This document shows positions 22,222 through 44,031 of a DNA stretch of 64,000 nt, piece by piece (within the stretch, counting starts at the first letter, position 1; every line of letters starts with the position of its first letter). Source of the stretch: Marsupella aquatica (Eukaryota; Plantae; Marchantiophyta); contig OZ316894.1 in assembly GCA_973895155.1 (NCBI GenBank), forward strand, positions 26,521,240 through 26,585,239, read 5' to 3'. The notes below the pieces were generated by a model. The model saw nothing but the letters and a program-made list of their open reading frames with translations. It searched no databases and was not told the origin of the DNA. The position numbers and the translations under genes are program-made.

Positions 22222-25200
22222 AGGGTGACTTATAGTAGGAGTGACCTGTTCACCTAGGTCATCACTTGATGTGCCTCATTCTTCCAAGTCTTGTCTTGTC
22301 GTGTGAATATGACTACGTTGTGAGAGTGAAGCGATGCTGGTTGGCATGTTAGCGCATTGGGCAAGGTTTTGCTATGTGCATAGATTTGAAGTCATGCATG
22401 GCTAGCAGGTGGGTTTGACTCAACTTATAGTACATTGCGACATGGTTCCATTTTTCACAAGATTATTAGGAAGAATTGAGGCTTGGATCGAGCGTGAATT
22501 TGTTGGACTTTGTCAATAGCTGAGGAGCTCAATGGAGCTTGGTGAATTGTCATTCATTTGTTCATTGATGTTGATTGTTGGTGAGCGTTTGTTGACTATG
22601 GATCCTAATTGCTGGTTGGCAACACTTTTCTGAGGGCGGAAGCGCTGTCAAATATCAATGAGAGACTTATGATCAGGCCCTGGAATCTGATTGTATTAAG
22701 AGCTTAAATGCAGTTGGATTTTGGCTTATGGCGGTTGCTAATTGTGCGTGATGTGTGTCAAAATGCATGCAGAAGCACTGGTTGTTGTGGTTAAAGAAGA
22801 GGGCTTGCTGCAAATTTCTATGTGAGCACGTACAAGTTGTGCCAAAGCCATGTCAAAATTCCACTAGAAATAGAGTTGAATGAAGAGTTTTTATTGCACT
22901 TTTGGTTGGAGCACACCATTGTCGTTGTTTGGGTGGAGTTTGAGTGAAAAACAAGATAAGAAGTGGAAGTTAGGCCTTGCCAAAGTTAAGTTGAAACTTT
23001 GGTTGGTAGTCAGCGGTTTTATGACAGGATGTCATTTTGATTTGTGTCCAATTTGGGAAGTTGGATGTTGAAGAATTAAGAGCCTCCTGTTGGAAATGTC
23101 AAGGGATTTAAAACAAATATGGTATAGCCCATAATCTAACGTGAAGGACCAGTGGGATCCCAAGGCCAAAGTAGAAGTGGGTGACTATTTTTTGGGGAAT
23201 AGAACCCATTTCAGAGTGGCTTAAGAAAAAATAAGCCTTGTTTATTCTTTGAGAGTGGCTTAAGGCACATCAACCTCCACTCTGATATACTCTTTGGCCC
23301 ACATGTGAAGAATCTTGTCTTGTTATCTTTTAACCTTGTTGTAACATTGTGCCATTAACATTGTGTCTTTTATTTCCTTTGTGTCATTATCCCCCATTAG
23401 TGCCCTTTGTGTGACTTTTTATTTGAGGGCAAGTGAGGGTGATTCTCTTGGGAGGCTCCCATAAGGAAGAGCTTACGTGGAGAAGAGGACTGCTTTGGAT
23501 AGGGCACAAGACCCGGGGCCCAACATCAAATAAGGTAGGATACGGAGGGAGGTGGCAACATTAAAGAGAGACACTAGGCAGGTTGTGGGGTCTGTCCAAG
23601 GAGGGAGGGAGGTATGAGACCTGCCCAAGACTATTGGCCTTCCCCAGGTACATGACAGGCCCTACGTTAGGCTCTACGTTAGGGTGTTGCATCCTTCGCC
23701 ATTTTGTGAGAAATTTATTTTTATTTTTTGGCTACATTCTCCATTCTTGTGTCCGTTCTTTTGCAGTATTTTGGCTGTTATTTCTTGTGCCTTACGATAT
23801 CTTCATATTTTTGCAATTCAAGACAACATCTATTGTAGGAAGCTTCCTCTGTGAAATTGCTATAGCAAGAAACCCAAGAGCTAGTTTTAGGGGTTTTTTT
23901 TTAGACACCATTTGACCCCCTTCCAGTTACAAAGCCAAAGCTTGGTCATCCAAAGTCAATTTCGCTCATTGATTACAAGGTTGGGTGCGATGGCTTGTTG
24001 CCTACCAAGATCAGTTGTCAAGATACAATTCCAAAAAACTTATTGTTTTGACCAATTTTGAGGTGCCCTTGCTGTATCTATTGGTAATAGGTGCATTCAA
24101 TTGATTGCTTTGCCGTGCAAATTACCACAACTTGTTGTAATGCCACATTGGAGATGAGAGTGACCCAAAGTGATGCTAGATTTCCACTCGTGGAAGCAGA
24201 GGAGGAGGAGGTTGTACCAGCTAGGAGTGACACTAGTACAGATCTTGCAGTGGAGGAAGCAACACGATTGTTATCACGATTGTCGCTCCATCCCGTGTTA
24301 GTCCCTACAATTGGGACATGGAGCATTCGGTGGATAGTCAGATTTGGAGGTTTGTAGTCCGAGATGTTGGTACCATGGAGTTGCCACATTTCATTATGGA
24401 GTTTGAGCACTGGTGTGATCAACAGAAACTATGCAACACATCATTTCTTCTTTTGAGGCGCGACAAGCATTGTTTTAACACTTAGAGTGACCTTTGATGA
24501 ATGACTATGAGAAGTTTAAGAAAAAACAAATGTGGAATCACACTAGGAACATAAATCAACATGTAACGCTAAAAATTTGGTATTCGTTCCCATGGAAGAA
24601 CAAGTAAAGAATGATTTTCTCTCGTTTTACACTTATGAATGACTAAGGTAACAAAAACATAGGTTTGACCCTTTTACTATGATTGCTCAGCAAGACATAG
24701 ATTTGAATGTTTGCTTAACATTGTAAATAAAAATAACAAAATGAAAATAATTAACAAAACACAATGAAATCTTGAGGTATGATGAGAGAGTCTGAAAAAC
24801 ACCAAGGTAACTTCTCATCAATATTTCATTTGATGTGATTTAGGTGATACATCCATAAAATATTTTTGGAAATGATTACTGTACTAGGATAATTATTAAA
24901 ATGTTGTCAACATGTCTCAACTTTTCCTTTCAAATGTACTCAAAAGAAACTAGTAATCAATCACTTTTGTATCCAATTGGTACTTTTTGTCATGAATAAG
25001 GAACACCATCAATATCAAATTGAAGTCATAAATCATTGGTAATCCTTCTTGGCATCCCATGCTCAAGCAAGGTAATGCTAACAACTATGCATAAGAACTC
25101 AAGAAGATGGGTTGTCACCACTAAAGAATTTATTCCCTCATACTTCTAAGATTCAACTTCATACAAATAATTTTACTTCAATGATCTAAACTCTCAATCA

Positions 25201-25470
25201 TTCATACCAAGGAAGGGACAAGAATTCTTTCTGCATTTGCAAACTCCATATAAAAACACGCTAAAACTTTACTTTGCAAAGGTGATTTTAGTGCTGCAAC
25301 ACATGCCACAGGCATTTGAAAATGACACAAATTCTACTTCATATAGGCTAGCAAGAACTCAAAGAAACTGAGATACTGAAAGTACATCCCCTTTCATATC
25401 TTAAGGGTCATGAATAAAACTTAAAAACAATCATCCTTGAAAAGTGAAAAAATAGAAAAATGTTGAAAAC

Positions 25471-26089
25471 GGGCGTCACTGAAAGTGTTGGAAATGTAGT
25501 GGACGCTTCTCAAAGCGTCAATGTTTGGGCGGACGCTTTGCAAAGCGTCGATGTTTTCAATAAAACTAATAAATAGTGACTTTACTTATAAACTAAAAAT
25601 CGAAATGAGGCAAAACTTTTCCAAGGTACTCTACTACGTATAGTCTTTATGTTGACAAAGTTTCAGACTTTTTCTAAGATCTCTAAGTGCCTCAAACAAA
25701 TTGGCAAAAATGTTGCAGTGTTATAAAAAATGGAAAACTAATTTTTTTAAAGTGTTGGGAGTTAGTGTACGCTTTGCAAAGCGTCCAAAACTACAAAGAA
25801 CTTTTGTGGATGCTTCAGAAAGCGTCCAAGATTTGATTTCTTCTTTTTTGGCAGTGTCTGTCTTCCGGCCTTCGGGTGGGACGCTTTACAAAGTGTTGGG
25901 ATTGAAGTCGCCTTGGATAGTGGACATTTCAATTAGGCATCGATACTTGGCGGCCCGCTTCTGAAAGCGTCGCTTCTCCTTTTGTCTTCCGAACACAAAC
26001 ACTTTTCAAAACATCCAATAAACTTGGGTAATTTAGGTGGATGTTTCACAAAGCATCCAAAAATACAAGGGACGCTTTACAAAGCATTG
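25471..26089. repeat. Array of ~11 degenerate 20-bp palindromes (consensus GGACGCTTTGCAAAGCGTCC), probably DNA-transposon subterminal repeats
   Basis: Clear copies at 25501, 25531, 25767, 25808, 25879, 25953, 26039 and 26070; degenerate copies at 25471, 25922 and 25997. The consensus is its own reverse complement. Confidence 0.85.
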
Positions 26090-26699
26090 GTAAAGTCGCA
26101 TTTATGCTAAAAATCACAAAAGTAAATTCATTCTAATTTTCAAACCACATGTAGGTTTGAGTTAAAACTTTCAAGGATGATTCTACTACATAATGACTAC
26201 CTCCTGAAAAAAATTTAGATTTTTATGAAGGTGATAACTATTTAACTAAAATAGCAGAGGTTGGTTGATCTTAATAATTGCACATAGAGCTTATTCTTGC
26301 TGAGGAAGTGCTTTGGAGTTTGGTTCTTGAATCTTCTAGTTTGCATTGCTTCTCCAATGATGTCTAGTATTCATTCTTGGTAGCATGCAAAAAGCAAGGA
26401 TTTCTATTGTCGATCCTTGTCCAATACAGGCAATAGTCTCCAATGAAGCATAGCATTAGGTAAAGTATTTAGTTGATCTAAATTGCTACAAAAGGTAACT
26501 ATAATGCACCTTTGAGTTAGAAAAAAGTTCAAAATTTATATCATTTCTAACTAATCTACTGCATTACAACAAACTGAGCATATTGAGTTGTGGCGACAAA
26601 AATGATCGCTAGATTATGTTTCACTTATAGAGAGAGATATGTTCCCCAAGGACAAGGATGCTGCTAGTAGCTCATGTACTATGTCGTGAACTCAATGGT

Positions 26700-27360
26700 A
26701 GAATTCTTCAAAGTATTGAAGAAAATTTACCAGGGCGTTCGGGTGGACAAGCTACTAAGCTTGTAGACGCTTAGCAAGATGGAGGGAGAGAGCCTATGCA
26801 AGGCATACACGCGCATAAGGAGGTTGATCAGTACCACAAAAAGAATTATTGATACTTAGTCCATCTAGATTTGGTATCAGGCACTAGACAGGAATTTGCG
26901 GAATTGTGTGCAATTTTTTGCATTGATTTTTGATAAGAAGCTGACATTGAGAAGGTATTTGAGCTCTCTAACACCATTGACATGAATCGGTCAGAGGAAA
27001 AGGTGATGACTCTTGGCTTTGGTAAAAAGAGTCCATAAGGAGTGCTATCAGCATCTCTAATGCACAACAGTCTCAACAAGATTGGAGTATGTTAGGAAGG
27101 GCACAACCTAGTGCTGCCAGTGGTGCTATTACTGGTGGTAGAAGAGTAGCACAACCCCAATTAACATCCTTTCCAGCCTTCCTATGCTACTCAAGTGGAG
27201 TGTTGGAGCTATAAAGGACCTCATAATAAGCATGATTGTCTTGATAGGAAGGTTCCATAGTGTGCAGAGCAAGTAGGAGAAGCCACTAGATAGCCAAAAT
27301 AATCTCAGGCGTTGTGATCATTGCTACAAAGATGGGCCTACTATTGAGAGTAATTTGGCA
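26700..27360 (+). pseudogene. LTR-retrotransposon Gag relic (Ty3/Gypsy-like) with two decayed CCHC zinc knuckles
   Basis: Translation gives KIYQGVRVDKLLSL*TLSKMEGESLCKAYTRIRRLI..IWYQALDRNLRNCV. Knuckles: CWSYKGPHNKHDC (27201-27239, second Cys replaced by Tyr) and CDHCYKDGP (from 27313). Multiple stops. Confidence 0.7.
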
Positions 27361-27916
27361 TTGTCCGTAGGGGAGCTATTGTTAGAGGTTGTGGAGGCCC
27401 CCACCCTGGTCATGGTGGTGACAAAGTAGTACTAGCGGCAAACGCACATATCACTAATCTAGCAACAACCACTAGGATTCAAAAGTTGGAGAAGCAGTTG
27501 GCAACAACCAATTTGGCTTTGCAAGCCTTTCCCTCCCTACTAGGCTAGCCATGCATTGATTGGAGGAGAGTAACCTCAGGCGTGGTTGTGGTGGACACCC
27601 GAGTGGACAACTATGCTGATATTTTCATATTGGTTGGTCCTAGTGGCATCCGCAAGTATTGCTAGATTTTGGTGCATAGTGATACTATAAATATTAATGT
27701 GGTGATTGAGGGAGAGTTTTCTCTCATTTCCATATTTTGATCATTCTTGGGTTAAAACACTCTTCTTTTTTATGGTCATAGTTTTTTCATTTTTGCCTTG
27801 TGTATAAAATAGTAGGTCGTCCTTTGGCCTGGATAACAAAAGAATGAGTGATAAAATTATAAATAAGATATTAAAAGTAAAAGTCTAGAAAAATTATGCG
27901 GAGAAAAGAATAATCA

Positions 27917-28435
27917 AATATTATATATATCAACATGATGATCATGTACAATGAATGTGACTCTAGGACCCAACCAAAAATATGTGGATGGAAAGAAGGA
28001 TGAGATATTATATATGTCAACATGATGATAATGTATAATGATTATGTCATCATTTTTCTTAGTAACTAAAGAATGGGCAGTGAGACTCCCTATATCCCAC
28101 AATCTATCTATATATGTATAATCACAATAGAGTGAGACTCCTTATACCCGAAGTCAATCTATCTATCTATAAGTATATAATCACAATCTAAAGCTACTCC
28201 TTGGACTACTATCCAGAGTGAGACTCCTTATGTCCCACAATCTATCTATAAGTATATAATCACAATTGAACGAGACTCCTTATATCCTACAGTCAATCTA
28301 TCCATAAGTGTATAATCACAATCAAAAGCTACTCTTTGGACTACTATCCAGAGTGAAACCTCTAGATGGTGACCCTAATAGCACAACTAAAAGAAGAGTG
28401 AAACCTCTAGATGGTGACTCTAATAGCACGCCTAA
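27917..28435. repeat. Complex nested tandem repeats
   Basis: ATATTATATAT.TCAACATGATGAT.ATGTA x2; GAGACTCCTTAT..C..CAATCTATC..TAAGTATATAATCACAAT x4; AAAGCTACTC.TTGGACTACTATCCAGAGTGA x2; AGAGTGAAACCTCTAGATGGTGAC.CTAATAGCAC x2. Confidence 0.85.
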
Positions 28436-30287
28436 AAGTGAAGATGCAAAAAAACAAAAAGGGGCAAAGATGAAAGGAAATAGCATGGACTCCTTTCTTT
28501 TTGCAAGGTTTTTGGTACTCATTTCTATTTATGTTCAAAGAAGGGGAAGGCTAGTGCCCTCTAAACAAAGTCATCATTTTTTCTCTATATGTTCAAAGAA
28601 TGGGCAATAATAAGGCTAGCTAGTGCCCTTCTAACAGTACATTAGTATACACAAAAGTCACCTTCTGATCCCGTTGCTTCAGCACTGAACATTTTATCGT
28701 TTTAGTCGTTGAAAGACCAAAGGTATCAGGATATGGCACAAGCCTCGAAAAGTGGTTTTGGCCACGCATCCATCCCGAAGCAGGCTTCCAACCTTTACCT
28801 TTGAAGCTTTTCCCGCGCAATCTCTACTTCGAGTTGCGTCCGCGCCCCAGCCTCGTTTCGTTCCTTCCCCTTCCTGTAGTGGAGTGGGAAGCAGCCGATC
28901 CCTTCATAGAATGGGACGGTGATGGAGATGATAGCCTTAGGATTGGTGCCGGGAAGAGGGATGGAGGTCGATGCTCTCTCTTCGCGGTAGAGTGAGGCTG
29001 TCGACCTCGCCATAATGTCCCGCACAGCAACATAGAGAGAGTGTGGAATGAGAGGAGAGTGAGATGACAGACTCATGATTGATGTTGGAAAGAGGGTGGT
29101 TGTGGTACGAGTATGAGGTCGATTCGCATCGCAATCGCTTACAGGAATGTTCAGACGTCCGATAGCTCCGAATGCTTAATCATCACTGGAACTAATCATC
29201 ACTGGAACTGAAGGTCGAACGTCCGAAAGCCTCCCTCCCAGCTGGGTGGCTGACGCTGTCTCAAGATGCCTCAGAAGCACATTGTGAAAGCCATTAATCG
29301 GTGTGGCGCTGGGAGGTACCCAATTGGGGAGCTCTTGCATTTCGCGCTGCTATCTTGTCTTGAAGTGATGGACTGATCTGTTTTCTCTGTCGGCTCTTTT
29401 GGTCCGTATGACCTCTTGGTAAATGTTGTCGTGGACGACCTGAGTAGAGCATGAATGAAGGAAGCGCGCGAACTCTAGTAGAGCTTGAATATCCCTCATA
29501 TGTGCTAATTTTTTGGTGTGCTGGATCCTGTCTTGCTGTCATCAGTAGCTAAGACGTTGTGGCTATGTTGTCGACTGGTGAGCGCTAATGGTTAATCTCT
29601 TTGACGGACTCGTGTCCCTCTAAAGCGCATTGAATTCTCTTCCTCATTCTGTGGATCTCTCTCTCATGCAGTTCACACTGGTCAGGGGTTATGTCGCACT
29701 GTGTTCTAGAGGGGGTAGTAGCGTTTCGGTGTTGCCCTGATTGTGGCCCGTCTCATTGTGGGTGTAGACACTCCTCCATCTGTTCCCACCTCTTGCCAAA
29801 CAGAAATGACATGATGCGCAAAGAAGTGTAGGATAGTACTCAAATTGATGGAAGGGGATGGAGGGCTCAAGTCCAAGCAAAGGACGCTGCCCTAAGAGAA
29901 GCTTCATCTCAAAAGCAGTTCACTGAATAGTCAGATGCCGACGAAATTGAAGCAAGGCGATAGTATTCCAAAGACCCTACAGATAGTGCTTCCACAGGCG
30001 GCTTGACCATAGAACCTCATTGTTTTATTCGTTCGTTCAATCATTCATTCTATGTGGTTTTTTAAAGTCTGGCAGATGCTTATCCACGACCTAAAAGCGT
30101 TTCATTGTTTTTTCCCGGATTCCAGAGATCAAGCAAGCTCGCAAGCTTCCGTCGAGATCACTCCGAGGTCGAGGGCCTACTGAAATTAGAGTGGATTTCC
30201 TTCAAAGGCGGGTGCTGGATTGGCTGTTGTCGACTTCATCGGGCCGTTGGTCTCACGAGACGGAGAGCGTTAGCTAAGGAAGAAACC

Positions 30288-40557
<10,270 letters not shown>

Positions 40558-41656
40558 CAACAGCAAGGCGCTACGGCTGGAAACATGTTTAGGGGGTCTT
40601 TCTCAGGTGCTCCAGATGGACGTGTAAGTTGTGAAATAGTTATCATTGAGCGAAACCAATTTTGAGCTGATCTAGCTCTCAGATGCTTGTAAATACTAGC
40701 CTTCTGAAGGCTCAAGTTGTGATGAAAAGCAGGCAACGGCCTCTGGGATGAAATCTTAACATAAAGTGCCGTCCTGTGTTATTCAACGTTCTGAAGCTGT
40801 AGACCACGATGTGTAGTCTCCGCAGGAACTGTCACAATCCTCGCTTGTGAGGGATGTATTCGGATCTCAAAACAACTTAGCGTTGTCACGCGGTTGGACT
40901 TTTAAAAAACAAAATAAAAATACGGTTGGCGACATAATTTCAGTTAATCTGTTCAAAGAATTCTATTTTATTTTAAGGATTTTTTCACTATAGCTATTAT
41001 CAATGACGTATTCCATCGAACTCCGGTTTTGAGTAATTGAAGCTGTCTCCAATTAGCCTGAAGGGTTAATCCCCCAATATAGAGGACGCTACGTACTCTT
41101 GGGTGTTTGAGGTGTGTTTGGGGTGCATTTAATTAAAACTGCTCCTGTGAACTCCACCCTCACGGATTCTGACACTGAAGATCAGGACCGTCGCTTTTCT
41201 ATACTCCTTGCTGTATGTTTGTATTGGTAAGAAAATTCTGTATCTCCTAATTTGATTCTTTGATTTACTCTGAATAGTTTACTCTGAATAGACCTTTGCA
41301 TTATTTCGAATTTTGTACAAAGTGACTTTGGGTCCAGGTGCGACAAAGCAGAAGGGTGCACATTTGTAAACCAGGTGAAAAATATGGTGGGCACTATGGT
41401 ATTAGCGTGAACATAACATGAAACACCTACTGTACTAATACGTAAATACCCACAATTTAAATATTTAGATATAGTTTGGAAGTTGTTGTAAGGAAAAAGA
41501 CACCAATTTTGAAGCAAGCCCCAGATCAGATCTGGAAACAATATTGTAATATTTGTGTTTGAGTCTTCTGTGTAACCGCGTGAAAATTTATGCTGTATGG
41601 CCAGGTGGAGTAGCTCCTGCTCTCCTACTTAGTGGAGTTCTGTAGTTTAGTGGAGT

Positions 41657-41745
41657 GACTGGTCATTTTTGTTTTGTCAAGTTCTCAGACTGACCTCCAC
41701 GAGACTGGCCATTTGTGTTTTGTCAAGTTGTGGGACTGACCTCCA
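41657..41745. repeat. ~44-bp imperfect tandem duplication
   Basis: GACTGGYCATTT.TGTTTTGTCAAGTT....GACTGACCTCCA occurs twice. Confidence 0.8.
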
Positions 41746-42660
41746 TAGTGATCTCTTGATAGTGATGCATACGAGTTTATACCATGTTTGGAATGATTCA
41801 AGAGAACTCTTCTTAATTAAATGCCCTTTGTGTATTTTTCTTGGTAAATTTCAGTGCTTTCATGGAAAAAAATGCACAGCCCAGATTTGGATGAAGCACT
41901 ATGAAACTTCTCCTCTATTTTTACTAATATGCAAGTGTATGGGCAATAAAGGCCCGTCAGCTATCGCCCTTGTTATGTGCGGCCCTATGGTACACAAAAT
42001 GCCTTGTTACCTGGGTGTTAGGATTTACACAGTGATGCACGTATCACCATTACCGTACCATGTTTGGAATGATTTGGATGGGCAATAAGGCGTGGTTAAA
42101 AACTGAATCACCTTCGGCCTACCTTATCGAAAGACACCCTTCGAATTTCGTTTCACATCCTCATGGAAAGCCACCCTTAGAATATCATTTCACCAGGCCC
42201 CTTCAATCTGCAAGAACGTGAGCTCTGGTTCTGATGATGAGGTTTTGTAGTGGTAGTTTTTGTCTGATTCTTTTGTGGAACCGTACTAGAATGTCATAGT
42301 CAAGTAACATGGAATTTGTTTTCACAACAAAGGCCCTTCTATGTGCAAGAATAAAAGCTTTGGCTCTCATGATGAAGTTTTGTAGTAGTAGTTTTCATGT
42401 CTGATATTTTGGTGGCACAGGACGAGAGCTTCTGTTCTATAATTTAGCCGGATGAATTGACAATTTCCATTAGGAATACAGCCCATGCCCTTCAAGAATG
42501 CAAGCTTTCGTAGGCATGTGCAAGAACGGAAAGCTTTGGAGCTCCGCCTACAATATGTACATATTCTACGAATTCGCAATGTAATGTTACACGTTGTACA
42601 ATAGCCAACCAGAGTTCAGCTACAGTGGAACGAATGGAGAGCATAGCTTGATATGCATCA

Positions 42661-44031
42661 TCATTCTTTCAATTCTTTTTGTTGCTTCTCTCCAGAGAAG
42701 TTATAGAACGCTAGGCCAGCAACAAGAATGGCTGCGCCCCCAAATAAACCAGGGGGTAAACTTGCCGGGTTGCCAACCAAAGGCAAAGGAAATGTAAAGG
42801 CCCAAATGGAAATCGGCACAGCAAGAGTTGTGGTAAGAGAGGAAACCACAGCTGACGATTGCTTCAGCAAGCTCAAACTGCAAATGTTGAATGCCAGATT
42901 AATGGCCACATAAATGGCTGGCACCAATGGAGCTCCCTCACAGCCACTGTGTAGAGGACCCATGTTGACAAAGCACGCAGCTCCATCCCGAAAATAGGTC
43001 GGCAATTGTTGGAAAGGAATGCCTTTCAAGCTTGACAAGAGTGGGAGCAGCAGCAATACAAAGAGAGCCTGCGCTGTCGACCCGAACGTATTTACCACAA
43101 AAATGTCAACAGAACCCCCCTTGAGGCGAGTGGCTGCATCCCGAAAAACAAACTCCTTGATGATGGAAGCCCCTGCGGAGAACGCTGTAGAACCGATCAA
43201 TACCAATGGCCAGAAGAGACCTGATTCTCCCAGAGACTTTACATCCCCACCGGATCCACTTGAGACCACTACAATAACCCCTGCTGTCACCAGAAGACAC
43301 CCAAAGATTTGTCCCCATGTATATTTCTTTTTCAGAATTGTTGCGGAGAGTACCAGCTGCCACACCAAATACGTCTGGGTCAAGATAGGGATGGATGCCC
43401 CGGAGAGATTAGCTGCAGCAGCCATGCCTGCTGCCAGTCCCAGCGCTTCCAAGGCCCCCAGCGCGATGAACCGTGACTTCGGCAAGTCCAGCATCTCCGA
43501 CGTCACAATCCCGGACCGATACCGAATGAAAAGAAATATTGAATAGACAACGACATAGCCGAATGTAAGCGCCTGCGCCAGAAAGAAGGGATATTCTTTA
43601 AGTGGAACGAGAGCCATTTTGTAAAGCACTCGGTTGCTCACGGAGAACAAAATGGTCGCAGCCCCCGTGACGCCTACCGTCAATTGCTGCTTCGAAACCT
43701 CTTTCCCTAAAATTGAAACATGATTCTCCGGTGCTTCTTCACTCGCTGCCTTGACCACAAATATTCTCTTACTACCTCTCTCCCGAAGGATGCCAAGCTG
43801 CCCAAGCTTTGTATTTAATCCTAAACGGTTGTGCATGCCTTCCGATAGGCGATTCGACGCAATGGACCTATAGTCGCACTTTGACATGACTACCTGGCAA
43901 AACGAATTGATCGGCAATTGGCAAGAACCGGCCATGCAATGGCGACTGCTACTCCGACGACTTGGTACTCCATCGTAAGGTACACATCGAGACATAAACG
44001 TCGATTGAGGAAGTGCACACCAGATAGCCAT
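42661..44031 (-). CDS. CLT: Plastid CRT-like (chloroquine-resistance-transporter-like) thiol transporter, intronless CDS, 456 aa from the first ATG
   Basis: Single uninterrupted ORF with a transit-peptide-like N-terminus. CLT motifs NRVLYKMALVPLKEYPFFLAQ, GYVVVY, RYRSGIVT, KEFVF..SVDIFVVNTFGS, GCEGAP and NLAFNI. About ten hydrophobic segments. The ORF-track start at 44076 is GTG; the first ATG is at 44031. Confidence 0.93.
   Translation of the reverse strand: MAIWCALPQSTFMSRCVPYDGVPSRRSSSRHCMAGSCQLPINSFCQVVMSKCDYRSIASNRLSEGMHNRLGLNTKLGQLGILRERGSKRIFVVKAASEEAPENHVSILGKEVSKQQLTVGVTGAATILFSVSNRVLYKMALVPLKEYPFFLAQALTFGYVVVYSIFLFIRYRSGIVTSEMLDLPKSRFIALGALEALGLAAGMAAAANLSGASIPILTQTYLVWQLVLSATILKKKYTWGQIFGCLLVTAGVIVVVSSGSGGDVKSLGESGLFWPLVLIGSTAFSAGASIIKEFVFRDAATRLKGGSVDIFVVNTFGSTAQALFVLLLLPLLSSLKGIPFQQLPTYFRDGAACFVNMGPLHSGCEGAPLVPAIYVAINLAFNICSLSLLKQSSAVVSSLTTTLAVPISIWAFTFPLPLVGNPASLPPGLFGGAAILVAGLAFYNFSGEKQQKELKE

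Noticed and set aside
23915-23931. Possible LTR 3' end (CCCCCTTCCAGTTACA), similar to the reverse complement of ~4470-4486
   Set aside because: No matching 5' TG end, TSD, PBS or second LTR could be identified.
25471-26089. CRISPR array interpretation of the palindromic repeats
   Set aside because: Spacer lengths are irregular, the repeats are degenerate, no cas genes are present, and the context is a eukaryotic nuclear genome.
43019-43546. 175-aa plus-strand ORF
   Set aside because: It is the antisense shadow of the CLT coding sequence and has no independent motif.
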